Shown piece after piece: positions 52,809 to 64,000 of a DNA stretch of 64,000 nucleotides. The notes below the pieces were generated by a model. It ran no database searches and was not told the DNA's origin. It was given only the letters and a program-made list of their open reading frames with translations. A program made the translations under genes and the position numbers. The stretch's first letter is position 1, and each line of letters starts with the position of its first letter. The stretch is from Octopus sinensis (taxonomy: Eukaryota): NCBI RefSeq assembly GCF_006345805.1, contig NC_043005.1, positions 42,470,001-42,534,000 on the forward strand, read 5' to 3'.

Positions 52809-54007
52809 TTGGGTCATCCTCTAAATAATCCGGTCTTTTCAGTTGCATGAACTAAAAGTCGGAGGACGAGATAAACTACTTGCATCAACTTTCTATAAAA
52901 GCAGGTAGTAATCTTACCTAGTACTTATTCATAGTGCAAGTTTTGAAGAGTGTAGTTCGATTTTAACAGTTATTTTGCGTTATGAGTTCAATAAAAGCAA
53001 CAACGCAACAACGGAAAGTGCAACAACGGAAAGTGCGAGGAATATTAGTGCAGTATAAGGGAATCGGGCAATAAACGTAAACCAGTGTCAACGGTGGTTC
53101 CAGAAATTCAGAGCCGGAAACTACAGCCTAGAAGGCAAGCCAGGTCCTGGAAGATCTGTAGAGCTCAACGAGGACGTCGTGCAAACCCTGGTGGAACAAA
53201 ATCCCATCGTAACTAGTAGAGAAGCTTGGATTTGCTCATTCAACCATTCATCGACACCTGTGTGCCATCGGAAAAGTCAGCAATTTGGGTCAATGGGTTC
53301 CTCACAAACTTTCCGAGTCTAATCGCGCGCGGTGAGTGAATGTGCGCTCTTCTTTGCTGTCACATCTCTCAAGAATGAACCTTTTTTAGATCGAATAGTG
53401 ACTAGTGATGAAAAATGGGTTCCCTATAAAATGCCAAGCACCGAAGACAGTGGGTAGGGAAATGAGAAACACTGGCAGCGCAGTCTAAAGAAGGTTTTCA
53501 CACACGGTGCTATCTGTTTGGTAGGATACGAAAGGTTTAGTTACTTTGAACTTTTAAACCCAAACCAAACGATAACAAAGTAGATTTATTGCGCGCAGCT
53601 TGAGCGGCTTTAGTCAGCGCGAGAAGAAAAACGACCATGTTTGGTTTCAAGACGAAAGGTGTTCTTCCATTATGATAGTGCTCGGCCATATACATCAAAA
53701 ATGGCATTCCAAAAATTGGGGCAGTTTCAATGGGAAACGATGCCCCGCCCACGATATTCGCCGGACATTGCCCTAGCTGATTATATTTTATTCTGCAGTC
53801 TTGGATGAAAAAAATATGAATTCTGTAGACGAGGTCAGAAGAGTAATGGAGTATTATTTTTTGTTACGAACAAGAAAATTTCGAGAGATAGTAGAGCATT
53901 GTAGAAAATGAAGGAGAGTATAATTTAGATAAAAAAGGATTTGTTTATTATAATTTTGAAAAATAAAAGAAGTATAAAAAAACTGCATTAGTTATGGGAT
54001 GACTCAA
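52809..54007 (+). mobile_element. Mariner, end to end but decayed; same family as 1-1071
   Basis: TA-TTGGGTCATCC ... GGGATGACTCAA-TA; GQWVPHKLSESNRA, IVTSDEKWV, HYDSARP and YSPDIAL motifs in broken frames. Confidence 0.9.
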
Positions 54008-54081
54008 TATATATAAAAGATGTATATAAAAGATAAATATAAACGATGTATATAAAAGATATATATATATATATGTTATAT

Positions 54082-54131
<50 letters not shown>

Positions 54132-55226
54132 CAAGTGTCAATTCATTACGGCCGTTTCAAGCGACTCCTTTAATTGATCAATGAAAACATTACATCATAG
54201 CAAAGAAACTGTTTTCGTCATATGACTACATAGACTTCAGACACAAAAGACAAACCGACTGCTTTCACATATTCGTATCACGAACAGAACTCAAATATTT
54301 ACATTGATTCTGCTGCTCAATCTTTGGCAGAATGAGTTTAGAATATAGTCCATGTAGTGTCGAACCTACTAGAATTTAGAGGTTAATAGAGGTTATAGTG
54401 GGGGTGGAGATGAATAATTGAGAGTATTGATCTAGTTACCTACACTTCGAAGACAACAGAAGGAATGTAATCTTCAATCATCCCAAATTAAATCTTTTGG
54501 GAGTTGTAGCTGTATTCTAGACAATTCATTAATATCGTGACCACTTACTAGTCTATCTAATTGCTGGAACCTTATATCCGGCTTTGTCAACACGAAATAG
54601 TAAGGCTTGGGGTGGTAAAAAAAAGGGGAATGCCTGATAGGGAAGGGGTGATAATTGGAAGAACGAAGGATAGGTGACGCTAATAATATTTATTTTGATT
54701 GTCATCTCAAAGGGAGAGGTAATGAAAAACTAAATGAATAAGTATCAGAAATTAGGGGTGGAAGATAAGTTTAGAGAATAAGGGAAGGAGCACATTGTAA
54801 CTTAAAATTTTAATAAGGGGATACTTTATGATATAAGAGAAATATTAAGAGTTTTCATAAATGTAGTGTATAGAATATCCTGCTAAAATATATGATGAAC
54901 GTATAAGGGAATTATTTATAATATAAATAGATACTAATAGTATACATTAAAGTGATATTAAAATCATTCCCATCTAATGTAGAGAGTAAATAAATGAGAG
55001 ATATTAAATATATAAAGGAGTACATTCAGATATAAGACTTAAACAAATCTAGTCCTTTAATCACATAATGAATATTGTGTATAATTAAAAAATATAATTA
55101 TACAAGATTACAGTATACAGTGAATTTTATGAAAAAAGTATAAATTATCACAAATTTATAAGCTATAAAAACCATAAAAATGCAAGAAAATGATATAGAA
55201 AGGCAGAATTATTTTTTTAAAATTAT

Positions 55227-55298
55227 ATAAGAATTTATAAGATATAATGTGTAATTAAAATTTTTTTTAATTACACATTATATCTTATAAATTCTTAT
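55227..55298. repeat. 72-bp hairpin (34-bp arms, 4-nt spacer)
   Basis: ATAAGAATTTATAAGATATAATGTGTAATTAAAA-TTTT-reverse complement. Confidence 0.85.
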
Positions 55299-55612
55299 GT
55301 TCTATTTTTATTTTATATAATTTTAGATTGGATCCAGACATTCTCCGTATAGAAGACACTTAGTAGTGCTCAAAATATTCAAACTTAGACTCTGATGTGT
55401 TTACAGGGGATGGATGATTCCGCAAGGTAAAGAATGGCTATAAGAAGGGTCAAATTGAGAAGATATAGTGTCAATTATGCGGATGAAACAAATTAGATAC
55501 ATTAAATATATTAAATATAATAGTTTGGGTATGAAATACACAATATGTATATATGTATACACGCAAAATCTATTCCTTTCTCTCGTTTTGCGTTTATACA
55601 TTCTTTTATTCT

Positions 55613-55984
55613 ATTGTATGTTTCAGTCATTTGACTGCGCTCATGCTGGAGCACCACCTTTAGTTGAGGAAATCGACTCCAGGACTTATTCTATTGGTGT
55701 CTTTTGCTGAACCGCTAAGTTACGGGTGTGACGTAAACACACCAGCATCGGTTGTCGAGCGATGTTGGGGGGACAAACACACGCACACACACACACACAC
55801 ACACATACATACATACATACATACATATATGATGGGCTTCTTTCAGTTTCCGTCTACCAAATCCACTCACAAGGCTTCGGTCGTCCCGAGGCTATAGAAG
55901 AAGACACTTGCCCAAGGTGCCACGCAGTAGGACTGAACTCGGAAGCCTGTGGCTGGGAAGCAAGCTACTTACCACACAGCTACA
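55613..55984 (-). mobile_element. SINE F1
   Basis: Head, body and tail on the minus strand. Confidence 0.85.
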
Positions 55985-56117
55985 TATTTTGTATTTCATA
56001 TTCAAACGATTGAATATTTCAAGATATGTGTGAGATGTAATACGGGTCATTTGTGCTGAGTTACAGGGAACACTACGGAGAACACTGCTCTGTTTATGGA
56101 GTAATTATATTTACTGC

Positions 56118-56323
56118 ATTAGGAGTGGCTGTGTGGTAAGTAGCTTGCTTACGAACCACATGGTTCCGGGTTTAATCCCAATGCGTGGCACCTTGGGCAA
56201 GTGTCTTCTACAATAGCCTCGGACCGACCAAAGCCTTATGAGTGAATTTGGTAGACGAAAACTGAAAGAAGCCCGTCGTATACATGTATACACACATATA
56301 TATATATTGTGTGTGTGTGTGTG

Positions 56324-56356
<33 letters not shown>

Positions 56357-56580
56357 ATGTTTGTGTGTCTGTAGTTGTCTCCCCAACATCGCTTGACAAC
56401 CAATGGTGGTGTGTTTACGTCACCGTAACTTAGTGGTTCGGCAAAAGAGACTGATAAAATAAATACTAGGCTTACAAAGAATAAGTCAAGGGATCGATTT
56501 GTTCGACTAAAGACGGTGCTGCTCCAGCATGGCCACAGTCAAATGACTGAAACAAGTAAAAAAAGTAAAAGAGAAAAGAT
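56118..56580 (+). mobile_element. SINE F1
   Basis: Full head to tail with internal (GT)n. Confidence 0.88.
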
Positions 56581-56816
56581 CAAGAGGAGCAGTGTCCGTG
56601 ATACGTACAATATCTCCAAGACAGAGAAGCAGCGGATACAAATAAACCACGACTCATTGATGGCTGTTAACTTATTTGTAACTCATGTACCCCCTCTATG
56701 TAGCCTGGCTTGAAGTAAGTAATCCTGCTTGGAAACATATTGTCTAGCAACGGGCCGGGCACCAAACTTCTGTTCCCAAATCACTTACTGTACTCTTATA
56801 AATAGTTGCACGCGGG

Positions 56817-57183
56817 TGGAGGCGCAATGGCCCAGTGGTTAGGGCAGCGGACTCGCGGTCGTAGGATCGCGGTTTCGATTCTCAGACCGGGCGTTGTGAG
56901 TGTTTATTGAGCGAAAACACCTAAAGCTCCACGAGGCTCCGGCAGGGGATGGTGGTGATCCCTGCTGTACTCTTTCGCCACAACTTTCTCTCACTCTTTC
57001 TTCCTGTTTCTGTTGTACCTGTATTTCAAAGGGCCGGCCTTGTCACTCTCTGTGTCACGCTGAATATCCCCGAGAACTACGTTAAGGGTGCACGTGTCTG
57101 TGGAGTGCTCAGCCACTTACACGTTAATTTCACGAGCAGGCTGTTCCGTTGGTCGGATCAACCGGAACCCTCATCGTCATTCC
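56817..57183 (+). mobile_element. SINE F3
   Basis: 13-bp target duplication AGTTGCACGCGGG. Confidence 0.93.
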
Positions 57184-57385
57184 AGTTGCACGCGGGCATA
57201 AGTACCACTTGAATACTGGGGTGGATGTAATCGACTTACCCCCGACCCCCAAAATTGCTGACCATTTGCCAAAATTTGAAACCAACATGTTCTGACGTTC
57301 ATTGCAGCATCATAATATCATCAGTTATGATGATTAAATGCGGTTGTCAACTGGTGTAGCTGTTTGCTGATAGAAGTCCATAAAT

Positions 57386-57773
57386 AGGCGCAGGAGTGAT
57401 TCCGGGTTCAGTCCCACTGCGTGGCATCTTGGGCAGTGTCTTCTGCTATAGCCCCGGGCCGACCAATGCCTTGTGAGTGGATTTGGTAGACGGAAACTGA
57501 AAGAAGCCTGTCGTATATATGATATATATATAAGTGGTGTGTGTGTTTGTTTGTGTGTCTGTGTTTGTCCCCCTAGCATTGCTTGACAACCGATGCTGGT
57601 GTGTTTACGTCCCCGTCACTTAGCGGTTCGGTAAAAGAGACCGATAGAATAAGTACTGGGCTTACAAAGAATAAGTCCCGGGGTCGATTTGCTCGACTAA
57701 AGGCGGTGCTCCAGCATGGCCGCAGTCAAATGACTGAAACAAGTAAAAGAGTAAAAGAGTAAAGAGAGTAAAT
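57386..57773 (+). mobile_element. SINE F1 with a deletion in the head
   Basis: AGGCGCAGGAGTG joins directly to TTCCGGGTTCAGTCCC; rest close to consensus. Confidence 0.88.
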
Positions 57774-58011
57774 ATTCTAACTGGTTGGAAACAGCAAAAA
57801 TACTTGAAAATATTTACTGCTATTTTTGTTATTTCGTACTATTTTACTTTATTTATTGTTATTTTTATTATTTTATCTTATTTTATTTTTAGCGGTTACA
57901 AAAACTATACAATCTCTCCAGAATATATTTCGGAAGATGCAAAGCGGTCATCAACCTTTGTTACCTGTTGCCCCCTCCCTCTCTCTCTCTCTTCCTCTTT
58001 CCGTCTCCCTT

Positions 58012-58049
<38 letters not shown>

Positions 58050-58130
58050 CTGTATGTGTGTGCGCGTGCGTGCGAGTGTGTGGTAGGTAGAGAGTTGTTA
58101 GACTTATTATTTTCAGGAAGAAGCAGTAGA

Positions 58131-58841
58131 TTCTTAATAGTACAGAGATTATTAATAGTTTAATCTATCTTGCTGATATCATATAATTTTGTCTGGATAC
58201 AAATCTTAAGAATTTACCATCTTAGCCTATATACTATCGGCATAGTTATACAAAATAGCATTATTGTTTTATATGATAATCAGATAAGGGGGGTTAGTAT
58301 GTACTGGTCATCTGAGACGGTGGGGAGATAGTTGTGGTTGATGAAAAGTGTGGTCAGATGTGGAGAAAGTGAAGAAAGTGGGTTTTCTTGAGGATTGCAG
58401 TCACAAGGATGAAGGACTGGAGAAAGTGTTTCGTGCGTGCTTTGGGAAAGTCAGGAGCAATAAAAATGATGAGAATAGTAGAGACGAGTGAAAATGAGAA
58501 AATGCACCTTGTATGTTCAGAGGAAAAGAGTTCCAGTAGCAATAGAAGAAATGTTAACAGTTATTTTGCTTTATTAGTTCAATAATAGCAATAACGCAAC
58601 GGAAAGTGCGAGGAATATTAATGCAGTATACGGGGATTGGACAATCAGCGTAAACCAGTGTTAACGGTGGTTTCAGAAATTCAGAGTCAGAAACGACAGC
58701 CTAGAAGACGAGCCAGGTCCTGGAAGATCTGTACATCTTTTATAGGCTAAGAAGGTAAGTTCTTAAGATTTGTATCCAGACAAAATTATATGATATCTGC
58801 AAAATAGATTAAATTATTAAGAATCTCTGTACTATTAAGAA
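58131..58841. repeat. 101-bp inverted repeats enclosing a mariner 5' fragment (about 58552-58733)
   Basis: Arms 58131-58231 and 58741-58841 differ at 6 positions by my count; the insert matches 52965-53160. Confidence 0.85.
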
Positions 58842-58846
58842 ACATT

Positions 58847-58920
58847 GATAGTATGTATGTGTGCCATACTATGATAGTATGTCTGCGTGCCATACTATGA
58901 TAGTATGTCGGAGTGCCATC
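58847..58920. repeat. 26-bp tandem repeat, about 3 copies
   Basis: GATAGTATGT....GTGCCATACTAT; junctions form CATACTAT-G-ATAGTATG palindromes. Confidence 0.8.
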
Positions 58921-59158
58921 CGATATGCCTTTATTTTCTACAGGTTACACTCATCTGAGTGCGGTTATGCTGGAGCACCGTCTTGCAGGGTTTAATGGTT
59001 CATGTAGACCTCAGTATTTTCGTACGTTTTTAAAGTCTGAAATGTAATTTATCGAACTCTCTTTGTGGAATTACTTATTAAAATACTGATATAATCTATT
59101 ATATACTCACCATCCAGTAATTGAAACCAATAGAATAAACGCAGTCATGTATGTATGT

Positions 59159-59189
<31 letters not shown>

Positions 59190-59199
59190 TGTGTGTGTG

Positions 59200-59246
<47 letters not shown>

Positions 59247-59324
59247 TTGTGGACCTATGCTTGTACATCTATTAATCCCGCATAGGAACTTATAAAAATT
59301 TGAGCTGGTGTAAGTTACAGTGTG

Positions 59325-59621
59325 GAGGCACATGGCCAAGTTGTTAGAGCAGTGGACTCGTGGTTGAGGGATCGCGGGTTCGAATCTCAGACCGGACGAT
59401 GAGTGTGTTTATGCGCGAAATACTTAAGCCCCACGCGGCTCCAGCTGATGGTAATAGCGAACTTCTGCTGACTCTTTCGCCACAACTTTCTCTCACCCTT
59501 TCCTCCTGCATCTAGCAGCTCACCTGAGATGGACCGGCGTCCCATCCAGGTGGGGAACCTGTACGCCAATGAAACCGGGAAACCGGCCGTTATGAGCCAG
59601 GCATGGCTTGAGAAGAAACGA
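59325..59621 (+). mobile_element. Mosaic SINE (F3-like 5' part, F5-like tail)
   Basis: 15-bp target duplication GTAAGTTACAGTGTG at 59310 and 59622 brackets the whole mosaic. Confidence 0.82.
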
Positions 59622-60369
59622 GTAAGTTACAGTGTGCGACTACTAAGAGTGATGCAGCCCTTAGCTTTCGTTGATGCATGTCGCCAGAAGATTACGCTGA
59701 TATAAAACCCACTGTGCAAGGAAAACACTTGTTTAGTTTAGAGATCTCATGTTCTCAAACTCGCAATTTTGACACCAAATTTCTTGCTTAATCTTTTTCT
59801 TGGCTCATATCAATAGAATATGAAGAATCCGTAGTATACTGTTCAAGCCACTTGGGATGGAATGGGGTGGGGATGGGGATAGGGGCTTAAAATCTGCATA
59901 AGAACTACTGACTGTCATTCATTTTTTGTCAGTGATGATCTGCTTCGGTTGTGTGTGCACAATTATCAACGACTCTGTATGTTACACACACACACACACA
60001 CACACACAATGGTATAATAGAAATAACTAAGAGTCGCTAGCAACAAGTAATGAAACAGCAAAAACGCAAAGGTGTGTATTAACATAAAAGATAAAATATA
60101 TATATTAACGACCGAAGTAGTATTGATTCCGAGAGGTAATATTTATCCGCACTTAAACGTGGCTGTTCTGTTTGAACGAACTTTATTGGGTTAGTTACCA
60201 TACACACTTATTTTATATCTCTAGCGGGGAGATCAACCTCCTCCCTCTCAGCGCCGAGACCACTAGATCATGTGATTTCGATCTTGCTTGGCCTTGTCGA
60301 TGATGGACGCTCAGCCGCTAGAGATAGCAGTGACTCATCTCCCCGCCGGCGATACATAGAAAAACAAAG

Positions 60370-60600
60370 AGGCGGCGAGCTGGCAGAATCGTTAGCACGC
60401 TGGGCGAAATGCGTAGCCGTATATCGTCTGCCGTTACGTTCTAAGTTCAAATTCCGCCGAGGTCGACTTTGCCTTTCATCCTTTGGGGGGTCGATAAATA
60501 AAGTACCAGTTACGCACTGGGGTCGATGTAATCGACTTGATCCGTTTGTCTATCCTTGTTTGTCCCCTTTATGTTTAGCCCCTTGTGGGTAATAAAGAAA
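60370..60600 (+). mobile_element. SINE F2
   Basis: 17-bp flanking duplication GATACATAGAAAAACAA (60351 and 60603). Confidence 0.9.
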
Positions 60601-60625
60601 CAGATACATAGAAAAACAATATCAG

Positions 60626-60864
60626 AAGGCGGTGAGCTGGCAGAAACGTTAGCACGTCGGGTGAAATGCTTAGCGGGTATTTCGTCCGTCTTCACGTTCA
60701 GAGTTCAAATTCTGCCGAGGTCGACTTTACCTTTCATCCTTTCGGGGTCGATAAATTAAGTACCGGTTACGCACTGGGGTCGATGTAATCGACTTAATCC
60801 CTTTGTCTGTCCTTGTTTTCCCCTCTATGTTTAGCCCCTTGTGGGTGTGCAATAAAGAAATAAG
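60626..60864 (+). mobile_element. SINE F2, second adjacent copy
   Basis: Full length; differs from the neighbouring copy at many sites. Confidence 0.9.
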
Positions 60865-61402
60865 AACAGGCGCTGGTGTCGCGATTAGCCAGCGAGCTTA
60901 TTAAAAATATGTACTATATTAGCAACGACAGGGATTTATCTCTCTGCTAGCGATATAAACAAAAGTGCATTTTGCACTAAGAATTCTGTATGAGAGTTTC
61001 TCACATGGTAATTACTGCAGTATAGTTTGCTCTAGTAGAATATCCACGTTTAAGTGGGGATAAATAAAAGATAGTCTTGATTTATTGAAACTGTCTCTTC
61101 ATCAAGAGATTGCTTCGTAGCAATTTGTACCAACTACAAATGAGAAGGGAAGACAATCTTAAGAACCAGGAATTCTTCAAAATTGATAGGCTTTTAAGGA
61201 AAATACAGTCTGATTGCTTGAAGACAAAAGGAGCACAGCTGTGAATTTGCCTGCCTCACTTGGCCTCATCAGCATATATATTTTATCTCCAGCTGAGCTG
61301 ATTATGTGTTTGTGTGCTTGTGTTTGCAAGACAGAAAGAGGAAGACAGGTGTATTAAAAACAAGTAGATGTATTAGTTTGACGCTCAGGAATGTGAGAAA
61401 GT

Positions 61403-61438
61403 CATTAACGTTTCGAGCCTACGCCCTTCAACAGAAAG
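61403..61438 (-). ncRNA. Minimal hammerhead-like motif in a PLE terminal repeat
   Basis: CUUU CUGUUGA A GGGC-GUAG-GCUC GAA AC GUU AAUG: A6U substitution, extra A, palindromic AACGUU stem III. Confidence 0.5.
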
Positions 61439-61639
61439 GAATAGCAGAAAATACGTACGGAATATAAAAGTTCAAAAGATTCAAAAGTCGTGAAGAGAAG
61501 AAGAAAAGGAGGAAAAGGAGAGAAAAGGAGAAGAAAAGAAGAATTATCAACCAAACAGTTTTACTAGGACATAACTTGTTATTAGGGTAATTATTTTTAA
61601 AATTCCTATATTTACTTTTATAATATAAAAAGGGTCTTA

Positions 61640-62270
61640 AAGAAGGGTTATCTCCCTTACGCCGCAAAATTACAGTTGTTGTTATTCGAACTAAAATTTA
61701 TGTTCTTATTACCATTATGACATGTTTTGATGTCCTGATTAATAGAGGTAGAATTAATGTCAATAGGGTTAATATAGGTAATTTTTTTCTTTATAGCCTG
61801 CTTTAAGTAATGCAGAATTATAAAGTTCGGCTTTATCGTTGAAGGTATCAACATTGGCAGATGATCTAGAAAGTCTAAATGAAATATTTCTAACTAAATT
61901 CCTAGTAATAGCCTTTGGATGATTACTGAAAGAGCTAATATATTTTAGATTAGTTGAAGGTTTATGGTATGGGAAATATGAATCATTATATAAGTTAAGG
62001 GTAATATCCAAAAAGTTGGCTTTATTTAGATCGTCGAAAACAATGCTTAAGCTCATGTTTCGAAAAATTTAACCAACCTATTTTTAACCCGTTGTAATTA
62101 TTGGTTAGAAGCATTTTGAAGGTAGAGTAGACAATCATCACGGTATAGACCTCCATTGATGTTTGTGAATTGGTCAGCCGCCTCATAAAGGATATATATA
62201 GCGACAAAATCAGCCAATGGTGCTGAGTCAGAACTTCCCATCGTGACTCCCACACGAGTCTTCACAGCAA
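61640..62270 (-). pseudogene. Penelope-like reverse transcriptase relic
   Basis: GVTMGSSDSAPLADFVAIY...GGLYRDDCLL (YRDD at about 62134-62145); NFLDITLNL...YHKPS...YISSFSNHP...ELYNSALLKAGY. Confidence 0.88.
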
Positions 62271-62361
62271 GAAACTATTTGTCGTTCATACGTTTATACT
62301 GTGTACATTAAATGATATGTGTGTGTATATATATACATATATTTATACATATGTCTTTTAT

Positions 62362-62906
<545 letters not shown>

Positions 62907-63334
62907 ATAAATACACACACGCACACACGCATACACACACACACACACACGCATCCTATTGATATCATTATTATAGTATTTATGTTTTACTCTTCTATCT
63001 GTATTGAGTATTTTCCATAGTCTGCGGGTAATTTATTCCGAGAATAACCAAAAAGTGTTCGTATGTGTGCATAAGTATAGGTATTTGAATATATATATAT
63101 ATGCGTGCGTGTGCGTGCATATGATGTTAGTAGGAGACAGGGTGAGTAACGTGTGAGAAAATGAGACACATAAAGAGTGTGGTAGAAGAAATGATATACT
63201 GATACACTGACAGAAGTATTATATCAGTAAATGAAACAACGAGACAGTTAGAGGAAGAGGGAGCGGGGAAGCAATAAAGTTGATATACAGACTGGTAGAG
63301 AAACAGTTATTGCGATGTGTTAGACTGATACAGT

Positions 63335-63394
<60 letters not shown>

Positions 63395-64000
63395 AGAGAA
63401 AGAGCAATATCTAATCAAGCTATGGAGACTACTCTCTACTGTAGAATTAGTTGTCAAACTGCGTCGACTTGAAATATGCCTCACAATTGACAGAAGCTTA
63501 TTTCAAATGAAATTTCAATGAGTCTGCTCAACAGAGCAAGACAACTTCCAAAGGTGAGACCGTTCACCGAAGAATAGCGTCGTATGGTATTCTCGAATAT
63601 ATTCTATCTTATTATGTTCTCTACATCTTTCAATTTATTGAAGGGAAAACATTAAAAGGCCACCACATTGACCGCTACTTTATATGGTCGTTTAATATTA
63701 AAAAGTCACCATGAAGTCATGTGCTGAGAGGGTGAAGTAATTTGGTGGCTGTCAATGAGGTGGTTAAGACGTTGTTGGGGTTTGGCAGTCGTGTTGTTAT
63801 TTTTACTGTTCTTGTTTAGCCCCAGGTCAACCCTGATTGAACAGACCAGTGATCAAAGACATTCTAACCATGAAATTTTGACTTTTTCTCATTTGCAGAG
63901 ACCCCCATTAATACATTATCCAGCGTGTCTCCTTTTATATGTCAGTTGGGTGTGGGTGAAGAAGATTTGGCTGCTATTTCTAGCATATCAGTAAACTACA

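Noticed and set aside
58847-58920. Short palindromic repeats resembling a CRISPR array
   Set aside because: Units are contiguous with no unique spacers, only three copies, eukaryotic context, no cas genes.
61231-61280. CTGATGAGGCC on minus followed by the palindrome CACAGCTGTG
   Set aside because: The GAAA half of the hammerhead core is missing, so it cannot be folded convincingly; at most a relic.

Overview
This is AT-rich animal genomic DNA, almost certainly intronic or intergenic. The SINE families and (AT)n/(CA)n/(TAGA)n microsatellites look like an octopod cephalopod (Octopus); that assignment is an inference from recall, not a search. I recognise no intact host gene, rRNA, true tRNA or CRISPR array, and most ORFs in the track are microsatellite read-throughs. 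The window is a transposon graveyard: more than 30 tRNA-derived SINE copies (five families plus mosaics), at least five mariner lineages, a Helitron fragment and a HINE-type element, a hAT-like transposase, hAT/pogo/piggyBac-type MITEs, RTE and CR1-like LINE fragments, and several Penelope-like (PLE) RT/GIY-YIG relics. Main highlights: (1) a hammerhead ribozyme with intact core at 1119-1169 (minus strand), where a 5-nt duplication appears to give a closable stem III, plus several degenerate hammerhead-like motifs near PLE relics, two of which show compensatory stem changes; (2) an internally deleted element with convergent SAP+SWIM and THAP reading frames (ISL2EU/Harbinger-like); (3) a CR1-like LINE 3' end whose tail matches the tail of the dominant SINE; (4) recurrent fold-back inverted duplications, including a perfect 262-bp palindrome. 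All alignments and translations were done by eye.
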